Part shown: in pieces, positions 37,740 through 48,329 of the stretch
How the letters are laid out: every line of letters starts with the position of its first letter
How positions within the stretch are numbered: position 1 is the first letter of the stretch
Origin: an uncultured Bacteroidales bacterium
GTDB taxonomy: Bacteria > Bacteroidota > Bacteroidia > Bacteroidales > Bacteroidaceae
Direction: 5' to 3'
Length of the DNA: 64,000 nt
Assembly (NCBI GenBank): GCA_902782245.1
Contig: CACZMI010000006.1
Span: 5,478 to 69,477, forward strand
Notes under the pieces: generated by a model
The model's database searches: none
What the model was told of the DNA's origin: nothing
The model's input: only the letters and a program-made list of their open reading frames with translations
Translations under genes and position numbers: made by a program

Positions 37740-39481
37740 CAGGCTTTGTCCTTGACCTTGCTCCAGGTGTCCTTGAGTGATACAGTACGGTTGAATATGA
37801 GATGATCCGGTGTGGAATCCTTGTCGGTGCAGAAATATCCAATACGCTGGAACTGGAAATGGTCCATGGGCTTGGTGTCGGCAAGGAACTTCTCTACATA
37901 GCAGTTCTCACGTACCTCAAGCGAATCGGGGTTTTTCATCTGCTTGAGAGCCTCAACGGGATCCATGCCCTCCTCGCGCAGGCGGGCAAGCTCGTCACGG
38001 GGATTCTCTACTTTCCACAGACGGTCATACAGACGGACCTCAGCCTTGACGGCGTGGGCTGCGCTGACCCAATGGATTGTTCCCTTGCACTTGCGGTTGC
38101 AGTCGGATTCACCGGTCTTGGTATTGGGTATATACTCGCAGTAGACCTCCTCAATGGTACCGTCGGCAGCCTTCTTGCAGCCTGTGCAGAGTACTATATA
38201 GGCACTCTTGAGGCGTACCTCACGGCCTTGACTCAGACGGAAATACTTGGCGGGAGCATCCTCCATAAAGTCCTCGCGCTCAATCCAGAGTTCGCGGCTG
38301 AATGTTATCTTGTGTGAGCCAGCCTCGGGATCCTCGGGGTTGTTGATGGCCTCCAGCTCCTCGGTCTTGCCCTCGGGGTAGTTTGTCACAATCAGTTTTA
38401 CGGGATTGATTACGGCCGATACGCGTGTGGCACGGCGGTTAAGGTCCTCGCGTACGGCCGATTCCATCAGAGCCATGTCATTAAGGGCATCGAACTTGGT
38501 ATAGCCGATGCGGTCCACGAACATACGGATGGACTCAGGGGTGTAACCGCGACGGCGGTAACCGCAGATGGTCGGCATGCGGGGGTCATCCCATCCGGAT
38601 ACCATGCCGTTCTGTACCAGAGCCAGCAGATTACGCTTGCTCAGAAGGGTATAGTTAAGGTTCAGTTTGTTGAACTCGGTCTGGCGCGGACGGTTGTCAT
38701 CCAGGTCCTGTCCCTTCTTAAGCCAGTCAATGAACAGGTCATAGAGAGGACGGTGTGGAACAAATTCCAATGTGCACAGAGAGTGGGTGACACCTTCAAA
38801 GTAGTCACTCTGACCGTGTGCGAAGTCATACATGGGGTATGCCTTCCACTTGGTGCCTGTGCGATGATGCGGAGTCTTGACTATGCGGTATATGATGGGG
38901 TCGCGGAACAGCATGTTGTTGTGCGCCATGTCAATCTTGGCACGCAGCACCATGGAGCCCTCCTCAAGCTCGCCGCTGTTCATCTTGTAGAACAGGTCCA
39001 GGTTCTCCTGGATGGGACGGTCGCGGTAGGGACTGTTTATGCCGGGTTGGGTAGGGGTACCTTTCTGGGACAGGATTGTCTCCTGATCCTGCTCGTCAAT
39101 ATAAGCCTTGCCTTCCTTTATGAGTTCGACGGCAAAGTCCCAGAGCTGCTGGAAATAGTCTGATGCGTAGAACTCGTTTGCCCAATGGAAACCAAGCCAC
39201 TCGATGTCCTCCTTGATGGCATCCACATACTCGGTGTCCTCCTTGGTGGGGTTGGTGTCATCGAAGCGCAGGTTGCATATGCCACCGTGCTTCTGGGCCA
39301 TACCGAAATCAAGGCAAATGGCCTTGGCGTGGCCGATATGAAGGTAACCGTTGGGTTCCGGCGGGAAGCGGGTCTGTACACGTCCTCCGTTCTTGCCCTC
39401 GGCAAGATCCTTCTCAACCATCTCCTCGATAAAGTTCAGACTCTTCTTTTCAGTGCTTTCAGCATCAGTCTTTTCTGCCAT
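37739..39481 (-). CDS. glnS: Glutamine--tRNA ligase
   Basis: 580 aa. HIGH motif (PEPNGYLHIGHAKA), KMSKS-equivalent LLSKR and a C-terminal anticodon-binding beta-barrel region. Confidence 0.97.
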   Translation of the reverse strand: MAEKTDAESTEKKSLNFIEEMVEKDLAEGKNGGRVQTRFPPEPNGYLHIGHAKAICLDFGMAQKHGGICNLRFDDTNPTKEDTEYVDAIKEDIEWLGFHWANEFYASDYFQQLWDFAVELIKEGKAYIDEQDQETILSQKGTPTQPGINSPYRDRPIQENLDLFYKMNSGELEEGSMVLRAKIDMAHNNMLFRDPIIYRIVKTPHHRTGTKWKAYPMYDFAHGQSDYFEGVTHSLCTLEFVPHRPLYDLFIDWLKKGQDLDDNRPRQTEFNKLNLNYTLLSKRNLLALVQNGMVSGWDDPRMPTICGYRRRGYTPESIRMFVDRIGYTKFDALNDMALMESAVREDLNRRATRVSAVINPVKLIVTNYPEGKTEELEAINNPEDPEAGSHKITFSRELWIEREDFMEDAPAKYFRLSQGREVRLKSAYIVLCTGCKKAADGTIEEVYCEYIPNTKTGESDCNRKCKGTIHWVSAAHAVKAEVRLYDRLWKVENPRDELARLREEGMDPVEALKQMKNPDSLEVRENCYVEKFLADTKPMDHFQFQRIGYFCTDKDSTPDHLIFNRTVSLKDTWSKVKDKA

Positions 39482-39516
39482 AATATACCTATTTGATTAA
39501 CAGGTTGCAAAATTAC

Positions 39517-40920
39517 CTATTTTTCGGCAAAAAGCCATGCCAAGTCTGCGGAGAATGTTTTGTTAAGCAGCGCCAGACAGAAATTGGTTCCTGTATCCTC
39601 ATGATCCTTGGTTCCGTAATCCCGTACCCTGATTGCCGCATCGGGGTGAGCGCCTGTAAACGACATCAGATTATCGTACGGAACTACCGTATCATATCTG
39701 GAGTGCAGCATAATGATCTTGTGAGCCGGCTCCCAACCACTGATGTTGGAGTTTGATTCAAGGGCTGCCATCAGATCACCGTATTTGTCGCCGGTAAAAC
39801 TGTGTCCGTTTTCATAGTTAGACGTGTCACACAGATACGCGTACAAATCGGGCGTAAGCATCTTTGAAAGGTCTGCAGTAACCTGGTATGAAGACAGCAA
39901 AAAAGACTTGTAGACATTGCGATCCGTAAAAAGCGACTGCATCTGCCCGGGTGAATAACGGGTTCCGTCCTTTGCTGTCAATCCCTTGTCAATCATATTA
40001 TACCATGACTTAGCAATATCTTTTGTGCTCATCTTCTTTTCGGCCAGCCACTCTATTATGCCCGTGTCGAGGAACTGCTTGCTGAGATAATCTGTGACAT
40101 TGTGCTTTTTCATGTCGGGATGTGAGTCAAGCATACCCTTTACAATAAGCGGAAGGACTACCGGCATGGATAGTGTTCCCGGAGTGTGACCGGTCTCTAC
40201 TCCGGATGAAGTGCCGTCGTCCATTATGTAATAGCGTAATGTGGAGATGAGGTCATAGGGCCCATCGCCGCAGAAACTGCCGGTAAAATGTATCTCTTCA
40301 TCAAGAGCGTTTTCCTCAATATACCGTTGGGTTGCCAGCGCTATGGCTCCGCCTTGCGAAAAACCCAGGCAGAATGATTTCCAGTCATCGGCAAAAGGCA
40401 GGGCTTTTTCAAGGTTCCTGTAAACCATGAGACCGTATTTTACGGCATCGGCAGTCTGTCTGGCGCACAAGTCACGTGACAGATACGGATGCGAACGGTG
40501 TTCTGTAATTCCATAGCCTTCAAGATCCGGCATGATGATTACGCTCTGTTTCAATTCGGGTATCAGAGAGGTCTTCGGCAGGCTTTCCATAACCGTTACG
40601 TCATTAATGCTTGATGACGCTTTTGCCTTTGAAGGGCATTCCGCTCCGGATGTGACGGTGATGTGACAGGATATGATGACAGACTTGATGACAGAGGAAC
40701 TGTCCGTCTGGGACGGATTATATGCAAACAGCGCAGAGGATAATTTTATGGGATTACCGTCCGAGTCAATAGAAGGATATGAGAATGTGCAGAGTATTGC
40801 ACCGTCTTCAGTGTAGCTGAGTATCTTGTATTCCGGTTCCTGATAATCATCTTGCGATTCCTTAAGGCATGATAAAAGCAATGCCGGAACAAGAAGCAGC
40901 AGTAACAGATTCTTTTTCAT
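39517..40920 (-). CDS. Alpha/beta-hydrolase lipoprotein (lipase/esterase-like)
   Basis: Start chosen at MKKNLLLLLLVPALLLSC (lipobox). GFSQGG nucleophile elbow. Confidence 0.78.
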   Translation of the reverse strand: MKKNLLLLLLVPALLLSCLKESQDDYQEPEYKILSYTEDGAILCTFSYPSIDSDGNPIKLSSALFAYNPSQTDSSSVIKSVIISCHITVTSGAECPSKAKASSSINDVTVMESLPKTSLIPELKQSVIIMPDLEGYGITEHRSHPYLSRDLCARQTADAVKYGLMVYRNLEKALPFADDWKSFCLGFSQGGAIALATQRYIEENALDEEIHFTGSFCGDGPYDLISTLRYYIMDDGTSSGVETGHTPGTLSMPVVLPLIVKGMLDSHPDMKKHNVTDYLSKQFLDTGIIEWLAEKKMSTKDIAKSWYNMIDKGLTAKDGTRYSPGQMQSLFTDRNVYKSFLLSSYQVTADLSKMLTPDLYAYLCDTSNYENGHSFTGDKYGDLMAALESNSNISGWEPAHKIIMLHSRYDTVVPYDNLMSFTGAHPDAAIRVRDYGTKDHEDTGTNFCLALLNKTFSADLAWLFAEK

Positions 40921-40994
40921 GAAAGTCCTTTGTAAGTATATGTAATACAAAGATAATCATTTTTGTATTTTTGCACCGAATCAGAATTATAGTT

Positions 40995-41720
40995 ATGCTT
41001 GCCGATAATATCATCACTGAATTGAAGAGGGCTGCCGATGAGTTCGAATGCCCTGAATTCATCTGCGGGGACCCTGTAAGGCTGCCTCACAGATACAGTG
41101 AGCGTCATGATATCGAGACATCCGCATTTATATCGGCATGGATGGCATACGGTAGCCGCAAGGTGTTCCTGAGCGTGCTGGACAGACTGCATAAGATGAT
41201 GGATGAGTCGGGTGGGCCGTACCGTTATGTGATATCGCGGGCATGGCGTGAAACCGGCACTGAGGAGTGCCTGTACAGGTTTTACAAATGGAAGGATTTT
41301 GGACTGCTTTGTGAGCGCCTGGCCGGCATCTATTCCCGTATGGATAGCCTGGAGGAGCTGTTTGTCACGGGTGAACCTCTGCAGTACGGCGTTCAGAGAC
41401 TGTGCCGTGAGTTTGACGGAGTGAACGGTATTCCCGTGCCCGGCAGCACATCGGCCAACAAAAGGCTTTATATGTTTCTGCGCTGGATGGTGCGCAAGGG
41501 GAGTGAGGTGGACTTTGGTATCTGGAACCGTGTCACTCCGGCTCAACTGCTGGTTCCGGTCGATACTCATGTGTATGCAACGGCAAAGGCTTTGGGGCTT
41601 ACGTCAAGAAGCAGTGCCGACCTTAAGACAAGCATTGAAATTACCGGTCAAATGGCAAAAATATGGCCCGATGACCCGGCGCGGGGTGATTTTGCCCTGT
41701 ACGGCAGTCAGGTCATGTAG
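40995..41720 (+). CDS. TIGR02757/DUF2400-like protein (HhH-GPD-like fold)
   Basis: Start at the ATG at 40995. The track start at 40971 is a TTG lying inside the -7 box TATTTTTG (40966-40973). The LVPVDTHV motif is typical of this family. Confidence 0.75.
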   Translation: MLADNIITELKRAADEFECPEFICGDPVRLPHRYSERHDIETSAFISAWMAYGSRKVFLSVLDRLHKMMDESGGPYRYVISRAWRETGTEECLYRFYKWKDFGLLCERLAGIYSRMDSLEELFVTGEPLQYGVQRLCREFDGVNGIPVPGSTSANKRLYMFLRWMVRKGSEVDFGIWNRVTPAQLLVPVDTHVYATAKALGLTSRSSADLKTSIEITGQMAKIWPDDPARGDFALYGSQVM

Positions 41721-42657
41721 GACTCTCGGTCTCCTTTGGCTCCATGTGAATGGCCACATGGGTGTTTTCACCGAACTTTTCCTTGAGTTGGTTCTCTATT
41801 GAGTCGGCGTGGTCATGCGCCTTGGCCAGGGTTATGTCTCCGCTCATCAGTATATGCAGTTCAATTGCATACCGGTTGCCTATCCGGCGCGTCTTAAGGT
41901 CATGAGGCTCTATCACGTCGGGCTCGGATGCGGCTATGCGCATTATCTCGTCCTCTACCTCATCGGGTAAGGATTTTTCCATCAGTTCACCGATGCCTCT
42001 GTTGATGAGGTCAAAGGCCACCTTGACAATGAATGCACCCACTACTATTGATGCCAGAGGATCAAGTACGGTCCAGCGCTTGCCCAGCAGGACAGCACCT
42101 CCGATACCTATGGCGGTGCCTATGGATGAGAGGGCGTCACTGCGGTGATGCCATGCGTTGGCTTCCATCGATGATGAGTTGAGTTGCCGTGCCTTACGTA
42201 TGGTGTACAGGTAGGTCAGTTCCTTGAGCAGGATGGAGACCAGGGCGGCCCAAAGCGCCAGCATACCCGGTGCGGCAAGTTCCTCTCCATGATACCAGGA
42301 GACTATTTTCTGTGCTCCGTTCGTGAAAATACCTATGGCTACCGCCATCAGCGCAACGCCTATGAATATCAGTGCCAGGGTCTCATATTTGCCGTGTCCG
42401 TAGTCATGTGTCTTGTCCTGCGGCCGGCCGCTGATATAGACAAACAGCAGTACTATCAGGTCTGTTATGAAATCGGACAGGGAGTGAATGGCGTCGGCCA
42501 CCATGGCATCACTGTGCCCCAGTATTCCGGCTACGAACTTGAATGCCAGCAGTATGACATTGACGGCTCCTCCAATCAATGTTACCTTGTAAATGGTTTT
42601 CTGCCTTTCATCGGCCTTTTGCCCAATAATCATTGCCCTATTTGTTTTATGCTTCAC
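41713..42657 (-). CDS. Cation diffusion facilitator family transporter
   Basis: 314 aa with 6 TM segments, HSLSDFITD and HHRSDALSS metal-site motifs, and a C-terminal cytoplasmic domain. Confidence 0.92.
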   Translation of the reverse strand: MKHKTNRAMIIGQKADERQKTIYKVTLIGGAVNVILLAFKFVAGILGHSDAMVADAIHSLSDFITDLIVLLFVYISGRPQDKTHDYGHGKYETLALIFIGVALMAVAIGIFTNGAQKIVSWYHGEELAAPGMLALWAALVSILLKELTYLYTIRKARQLNSSSMEANAWHHRSDALSSIGTAIGIGGAVLLGKRWTVLDPLASIVVGAFIVKVAFDLINRGIGELMEKSLPDEVEDEIMRIAASEPDVIEPHDLKTRRIGNRYAIELHILMSGDITLAKAHDHADSIENQLKEKFGENTHVAIHMEPKETESPT

Positions 42658-42693
42658 AAAAATAATTACTTTTGCAAAACGACGTGCACTTTA

Positions 42694-43578
42694 ATGGAAG
42701 CATTATCAATACTCATACCGGTTTACAATTGGGATTGCACCCAGTTGATAAAGGACTTGCATTTCCAAGGTCTTACATTGGGAATTCCTTATGAGATTAT
42801 CATAGCCGATGACTGCTCAACCGACAAGGATCTGCAGCAGAAAAGCCGTCTGGTAGCTGAAACTCATGAGAACTGCCGCTATTTTGCACTTGAGCATAAT
42901 ATTGGTCGTGCATCTATCCGTAATTTTCTGGCAGACCAGTCAAAATATGACAAATTGCTGTTTCTGGACTGCGATACGGGCGTAAAGGACAAACAGTTCC
43001 TAAAGAAATATACCGATGCTGCCGATAAGGCATCGGTAGTATGTGGCGGACTGATACATCCGGATGAGTTGCCTGAGAAAGGAATGGAACTGAGATATCT
43101 GTATGAAAAGAGTGCCGCCTTTGAACGCTCAGCAGGATTCCGCAGTCAGAATCCGTATCTGAGGTTTACATCATGCTCATTCCTGATAGACAAATCGGCT
43201 TTCATGAAGATCCGGTTTGACGAGTCATATGTCCGTTACGGCTATGAGGATGTTCAGTTCGGACATGAGTTGGAGGAGAACGGAGTAAGTATACTCCATA
43301 TTGACAATCCTCTGGCGCATCTGGGCCTGGAGGGTAGCGAATCATATCTGAACAAGACCCGTCAGGCGGTGCTGAATGCATTCGACCATAAGGATGATAT
43401 AGGGGAGAGCTCCAAACTGCTTACCCATTACCGCAAGGTGCTTAAGTGGAAGATGAGATGGCTGTTCCGTATTATATGGGCCTTCTTCCAGAAAAGTATG
43501 GAGAAGAACCTGCTTGGCCCCAAGCCCGGCCTGCGCATCTTCTCGCTTTATAAACTCTGTTACATCTGTGTTTTGTAA
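42694..43578 (+). CDS. Glycosyltransferase family 2
   Basis: Start at MEALSILIPVYN (ATG at 42694), with ADDCSTD and an LFLDCD (DxD-like) motif. The upstream 170 codons of the track ORF are antisense to the CDF gene. Confidence 0.87.
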   Translation: MEALSILIPVYNWDCTQLIKDLHFQGLTLGIPYEIIIADDCSTDKDLQQKSRLVAETHENCRYFALEHNIGRASIRNFLADQSKYDKLLFLDCDTGVKDKQFLKKYTDAADKASVVCGGLIHPDELPEKGMELRYLYEKSAAFERSAGFRSQNPYLRFTSCSFLIDKSAFMKIRFDESYVRYGYEDVQFGHELEENGVSILHIDNPLAHLGLEGSESYLNKTRQAVLNAFDHKDDIGESSKLLTHYRKVLKWKMRWLFRIIWAFFQKSMEKNLLGPKPGLRIFSLYKLCYICVL

Positions 43579-43581
43579 GCC

Positions 43582-44847
43582 ATGCAGCCGTTAGCCGAAA
43601 GAATGAGACCACGGTCTCTTGACGATTATGTGGGTCAGACACACCTGGTAGGTCCGGGTGCGGTGCTGCGCCGTATGATTGACTCCGGCAGGCTTTCATC
43701 ATTCATACTTTGGGGCCCTCCGGGTACAGGAAAGACCACTCTGGCACAGATTGTAGCCACCAAACTGGAACTTCCGTTCAGCACCCTGAGCGCCGTTACG
43801 GCAGGCGTCAAGGAGGTTCGTGAGGTGATTGACCGTGCCCGCAGCAACCCGCTATTCCGTACCAAGGGCAGTCCGATTCTTTTCATTGACGAGATACACC
43901 GTTTCAACAAGGCGCAACAGGATTCCCTTCTGGGGGCGGTGGAGCGTGGAGATATTACACTTATAGGAGCAACTACAGAGAATCCGTCATTTGAGGTGAT
44001 TCGCCCGTTGCTGTCACGCATGCAGGTATATGTGCTTAATTCTCTGGAGAAGGATGACCTGCTCAAACTTCTGGACCGTGCCATAAAGACCGATGTCATA
44101 CTCAAAGAGCGTGATATAGAACTGCGTGAAACCACTGCTATACTTCGTTTCTCGGGAGGCGATGCCCGCAAACTGCTCAATATCCTGGAACTTGTGGTTG
44201 AGGCCGACAGCTCAGATAAGGTGGTAATCACCGATGAAATCGTCAATGAGCGTCTGCAGCAGAACCCCCTGGCATATGACAAGGACGGCGAGATGCACTA
44301 TGATATCATATCGGCTTTTATCAAGTCCATACGCGGAAGTGACCCCGATGCAGCACTTTACTGGCTTGCACGCATGGTGCAGGCAGGCGAGGATCCGGCA
44401 TTCATTGCCCGCCGTCTGGTGATATCGGCCTCCGAAGATGTGGGCCTGGCCAATCCAAATGCGCTGCTGCTGGCCAATGCCGCATTTGATGCCGTCATGA
44501 AGATAGGTTGGCCTGAGGGGCGTATCCCGCTGGCCGAGGCTACGGTTTATCTGGCTACCAGCCCCAAGAGCAATTCGGCTTACATGGGCATTGCCAATGC
44601 GCTGGCCAAGGTGGGAGAGACAGGCAACCTTCCAGTGCCGCTGCACCTGCGCAATGCTCCCACATCACTTATGAAAGACCTGGGATACGGCGAGGATTAC
44701 AAGTATGCTCATGATTATGCGGGCAACTTTGTAAACCAGCAGTATCTGCCCGATGAAATAAGGAATGAGCGTTTCTGGGAGCCCCAGAACAATCCTCAGG
44801 AAGAGAAGATAAAAGAGCGCATGGATGCTCTTTGGAAAAGGCAATAA
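43582..44847 (+). CDS. rarA: Replication-associated recombination protein A (AAA+ ATPase)
   Basis: 421 aa. GPPGTGKTT Walker A, FIDEIHRFNK Walker B, and MgsA C-terminal domain motifs (YDIISAFIKSIRGSDPDAALYWLARM). Confidence 0.95.
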   Translation: MQPLAERMRPRSLDDYVGQTHLVGPGAVLRRMIDSGRLSSFILWGPPGTGKTTLAQIVATKLELPFSTLSAVTAGVKEVREVIDRARSNPLFRTKGSPILFIDEIHRFNKAQQDSLLGAVERGDITLIGATTENPSFEVIRPLLSRMQVYVLNSLEKDDLLKLLDRAIKTDVILKERDIELRETTAILRFSGGDARKLLNILELVVEADSSDKVVITDEIVNERLQQNPLAYDKDGEMHYDIISAFIKSIRGSDPDAALYWLARMVQAGEDPAFIARRLVISASEDVGLANPNALLLANAAFDAVMKIGWPEGRIPLAEATVYLATSPKSNSAYMGIANALAKVGETGNLPVPLHLRNAPTSLMKDLGYGEDYKYAHDYAGNFVNQQYLPDEIRNERFWEPQNNPQEEKIKERMDALWKRQ

Positions 44848-44865
44848 CTTAATTACTAAGATATT

Positions 44866-45714
44866 ATGATTATGAAAAAGGCTTTGTTTTTTACGCTTTT
44901 AGCGTTTGCCGCAGTTGGCTTTATGTCATGCGATGAGAAAGAAGAGTTGCAGACTACAGATTCTGGAATTGTAGGCACATGGGAGGGCGATCCCAACAGT
45001 CATCATTGCCCGGTTGTTACTTTTGGAAAAGACGGTTCTTACGAGTGGGAATGGACTGGTGTTTCCGGATTCAAGGATGAAGGTAATTATACCTACGAGG
45101 GTAGCAAGATAGAGATGGATCCTTCTACCTATTATGAGTGGAACGAAGAAAAGAATAAGTACGTCAAGTCAGAGCCGTGGGATACAAAGAACCGTGTATG
45201 CATCATCTCATATCTGGATGACGGATTGATGAAATTCAACTTGAAACAGGACTATCTGATGGGAGATGGTCAGGGCGAAGGTTTCGATTTCATACTCTAC
45301 AGAGCAGGACTGAACCAGAAAATAACTGCGAATGACCTGCAGGGAACATGGGAAAGTTATGACGAAGACGGCAATATTGATGAGCGTATTATCGTAAAAG
45401 GTAATAATTTCACTTCATACTCAGCTTGGAATTGGGATAAAGACACTATCAGTGTGATGAAGACTCAGGGAACCTGGAGCCTGAAAGACGGAATTGTGAC
45501 CTTTACTCCGACAGACGGATGGTATTCATACTCAACAGAATACAATGACAAGCACGAGACTGTTTGGATATATTCATATGTTGACCGTGTAACACTGGAA
45601 GCCGAGGAATGGTCTAAGACACATTATACTCCTTCCGAATACGAGCAGAAGATATACCTTTCCAAGGATGGAAAACTGTTTGCAGGAGGAAAAGCGTTCG
45701 AAAAGAAGAAGTAA
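44866..45714 (+). CDS. Lipoprotein of unknown function with an internally repeated lipocalin-like GTWE/GTWS motif
   Basis: 282 aa. Lipobox FMSC. Three repeats start at GTWEGD, GTWESYD and GTWSLKDG. Confidence 0.78.
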   Translation: MIMKKALFFTLLAFAAVGFMSCDEKEELQTTDSGIVGTWEGDPNSHHCPVVTFGKDGSYEWEWTGVSGFKDEGNYTYEGSKIEMDPSTYYEWNEEKNKYVKSEPWDTKNRVCIISYLDDGLMKFNLKQDYLMGDGQGEGFDFILYRAGLNQKITANDLQGTWESYDEDGNIDERIIVKGNNFTSYSAWNWDKDTISVMKTQGTWSLKDGIVTFTPTDGWYSYSTEYNDKHETVWIYSYVDRVTLEAEEWSKTHYTPSEYEQKIYLSKDGKLFAGGKAFEKKK

Positions 45715-45727
45715 CGATATAGTCCCT

Positions 45728-45762
45728 AAAAAAAGGGTGCGGAATTATCTGCACCCTTTTTT
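45728..45762. terminator. Bidirectional terminator
   Basis: Stem AAAAAGGGTGC / GCACCCTTTTTT between convergent genes. Confidence 0.7.
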
Positions 45763-47002
45763 ATTGTTCCATGCTCAGCGTACTGACCAGACGGTCGTAA
45801 CGGGAACCGCGCTGACGGTAGTAGAGCAGTATCAGGTACTCGTTTTTGGTTTCATACCAGTCACCCTCGGCGGGCTTGGTCTGAGCGGCTTTCTCTCCGT
45901 CTTCAACCCAGAGGTACTGGTAATCATAAGCACCCATCTTGAGCAATACGGTAGCCTGATATGCCTTATCACGGCTGTTGTATTCCATCTCATACTTCGG
46001 CGTGAGGTATCCTCCGTTGAAATGGCCCGATACGTACAGTTTGCCGCCGGTCATAGGTTCGCTTGCCAGACTGAAATGGACAAACAGGTAATCGGCTTCG
46101 GTGTCGCTGTCACTGGCCTGGTTGTAACGTATCAGGTATCTGCCGTTATGGTCATGGTCAAAGGTGTATGCGTGATGGCGGGTATCCTCAATGAGGTCGG
46201 CGTGATAGTACGGATCATGGAAGGTTACACGGTCTACATTTTTGAAATAATCGTACATATTGATTATCTCGAAACGGCGGAATTCATTGCCGGCCGGGAA
46301 TATCAGGTCGCGGCAATGATCATAGGTGAGCCTGTTGCCGGCGTTGTAGGTGGGTTTGGGGTTAAGGACGGCATTGTCAAACCGGCGGTTCTGCATGACT
46401 ACGGTGTAGATCTCGCGGTCCGGATGGGTCACGTTCAGACCGTTCAGGCTTACCGCCATGTTGACCTGCTGGTGTGATTTGTGCGAGTCTATGTCGGTGT
46501 TGCCGTCAACCGTAGCCGACAGGTTGTGCTTGTCCTCAACTATCATGAACCTGAACCAGGCTACCTCCTTGCCGTCTTCGCTGATAGACAGACGGTAGTT
46601 GCCTGAGAGTTTCAGGGTAACATCGTCGTTGGGCAGGGTGAGAGAGTAGTGGGTGTAGTCAAATGTGGTATTAAGGGAGTTTTCCCAGTTCTCTATGGGT
46701 TGGTCGTTGAATCCGTTCATATACTCGGATTCAATGAGGTTGGAGGGTTTCCACTGGACGTCACAGTGAGTGATGTGGTAGGTGAACCGGTGATACTGGT
46801 GAGACATCTCGTCAAATGAGAACTCAATAGTCTCATCACTGTCCAGAGTGATTATCTGGGGACGTTCCCAATCACCGTTGGAGATTGCCCTGAGAGTATT
46901 TATCATATCAGATTTACTGCCAAACCACTGGGCATGGAGCATCATCGGCACCAACAGTAATGCGGCCGGTATCAGTTTCCTTATGTGAGTGCTCAGAGTC
47001 AT
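45761..47002 (-). CDS. Secreted beta-rich protein, DUF5103-like (family name tentative)
   Basis: Start chosen at MTLSTHIRKLIPAALLLVPMMLHAQ (ATG at 47002). About 413 aa. Size and the RFEIINMYDY and DYQY motifs recall DUF5103, but I cannot verify this. Confidence 0.7.
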   Translation of the reverse strand: MTLSTHIRKLIPAALLLVPMMLHAQWFGSKSDMINTLRAISNGDWERPQIITLDSDETIEFSFDEMSHQYHRFTYHITHCDVQWKPSNLIESEYMNGFNDQPIENWENSLNTTFDYTHYSLTLPNDDVTLKLSGNYRLSISEDGKEVAWFRFMIVEDKHNLSATVDGNTDIDSHKSHQQVNMAVSLNGLNVTHPDREIYTVVMQNRRFDNAVLNPKPTYNAGNRLTYDHCRDLIFPAGNEFRRFEIINMYDYFKNVDRVTFHDPYYHADLIEDTRHHAYTFDHDHNGRYLIRYNQASDSDTEADYLFVHFSLASEPMTGGKLYVSGHFNGGYLTPKYEMEYNSRDKAYQATVLLKMGAYDYQYLWVEDGEKAAQTKPAEGDWYETKNEYLILLYYRQRGSRYDRLVSTLSMEQ

Positions 47003-47103
47003 ATCTGTATATATAAACGATACTAAGGTACTGCTTATTGTTAATAATATTATATTTGCATGTAAGTTAAAACCGACAAGTACTAACCTTATAACCATAA
47101 CTT

Positions 47104-48219
47104 ATGAAAAAATTTCTTACAGTAGCACTGCTGTCCGTATTGGCCTTAGCGGCATCGGCACAGGAATTAAACAATTTCTCAAGAGGACGTCAGCAGGTCA
47201 AGTCACCTGAAATCAACGGTGAAAAGGTAACTTTCCGCCTCAATGCCAATTATGCCACAGTGGTCAATCTGCAGGGAAACTGGCTGGATGGCAGCATACC
47301 TATGCAGAAAGGACAGAACGGAGTATGGGAGGTGACCATTGACACTCCGTCACCTGAGATTTACACCTATAACTTCGTGGTGGACGGCGTATCGGTTAAC
47401 GATCCCCAGAACTACATGGTACAGCGTGACGGAACCCGTTATTTGAACATGCTGATGGTACCCGGAGAGCGCTCGGAGAACTATTTTGAGGCTAATCAGC
47501 GTGGTACAGTAACATACCGCTGGTATGACAGCAAGATACTGGGCATAAACCGCCGTGTAACTGTTTATACTCCTTACGGATATGAGACCAGCGGCAAGAA
47601 ATACCCGGTTCTCTACCTGCTTCATGGTGCAGGCGGTGATGAGGAGGCCTGGACATCAATGGGCCGTACCGCACAGATCCTGGACAACCTGATTGAGAAG
47701 GGACTGGCTCAGCCTATGATAGTTGTTATGCCTAACGGTAATCCCGGACAACAGGCTGCACAGCCTCTGGGCCTGCCTGAGAAACAGATTGATCGTCGCG
47801 ATCCCGCCATGGCCGATGCATACGTAAAGAGTCTCTGCACGGAAATCGTACCTTTCATAGAGAAAAACTTCCGTGTAATTGCCAAGCCGGAGTCACGTGC
47901 CATAGCAGGTCTGTCAATGGGTGGCGGCCACACCATTACCGCAACCAACCTGTATCCCGCCATGTTTGACTGGATCTGCCCGCTGTCAGCAGCCGGCAGT
48001 TCTACCGCCGAGCAGATAACAGCCCTCAAAAAGGCTGGCGTAAAGCTCTATTTCCTGGCATGCGGTACAAGTGATTTCCTGTGGGATAACTCAGTCACAC
48101 TTGACAAGACCATGACCGACTGCGGTCTGGAGCACACCTTCTACAAGTCAGACGGTGGTCATGTTTGGGCCAACTGGCGTCTGTATCTAAATACCTTCGC
48201 TCAGTTGCTGTTCAAGTAA
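47104..48219 (+). CDS. Secreted esterase (alpha/beta hydrolase, CE1-like) with an N-terminal Ig/CBM48-like domain
   Basis: 371 aa with a signal peptide, YLLHGAGGDEEAW and a GLSMGG nucleophile elbow. Confidence 0.87.
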   Translation: MKKFLTVALLSVLALAASAQELNNFSRGRQQVKSPEINGEKVTFRLNANYATVVNLQGNWLDGSIPMQKGQNGVWEVTIDTPSPEIYTYNFVVDGVSVNDPQNYMVQRDGTRYLNMLMVPGERSENYFEANQRGTVTYRWYDSKILGINRRVTVYTPYGYETSGKKYPVLYLLHGAGGDEEAWTSMGRTAQILDNLIEKGLAQPMIVVMPNGNPGQQAAQPLGLPEKQIDRRDPAMADAYVKSLCTEIVPFIEKNFRVIAKPESRAIAGLSMGGGHTITATNLYPAMFDWICPLSAAGSSTAEQITALKKAGVKLYFLACGTSDFLWDNSVTLDKTMTDCGLEHTFYKSDGGHVWANWRLYLNTFAQLLFK

Positions 48220-48237
48220 AAGAAGAGACTGAAATAG

Positions 48238-48277
48238 GAGGGGACGATCGGAATAATCCGGTCGTTCTCTCTTTTTT
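48238..48277 (+). terminator. Rho-independent terminator after the esterase gene
   Basis: 14-bp stem (with G-U pairs) GAGGGGACGATCGG / CCGGTCGTTCTCTC followed by T6. Confidence 0.7.
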
Positions 48278-48301
48278 ATTCTATATTTCTAAAAAAAGAG
48301 T

Positions 48302-48309
48302 ACCTTTGC
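48302..48309 (+). promoter_or_regulatory. -7 box TACCTTTG for proS
   Basis: Matches TAnnTTTG 21 nt upstream of the ATG. Confidence 0.4.
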
Positions 48310-48329
48310 ACTCCGAAAAATCTTAGGAT

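Noticed and set aside
40917-41570. 217-aa minus-strand ORF opposite the TIGR02757-like gene.
   Set aside because: It is antisense to a gene with a good promoter box and a family motif (VPVDTHV). There is no independent support.
42184-42693. N-terminal 170 codons of the track ORF 42184..43578.
   Set aside because: This part is antisense to the CDF transporter gene and precedes a TACTTTTG promoter box. The GT2 signature (LSILIPVYN) begins right at the ATG at 42694, so that is taken as the true start.
45668-46477. 269-aa plus-strand ORF downstream of the lipoprotein gene.
   Set aside because: It starts inside the 3' end of the 44866..45714 gene, reads through a strong bidirectional terminator, and is antisense to the secreted DUF5103-like gene. 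It is Val-rich mirror-frame sequence.
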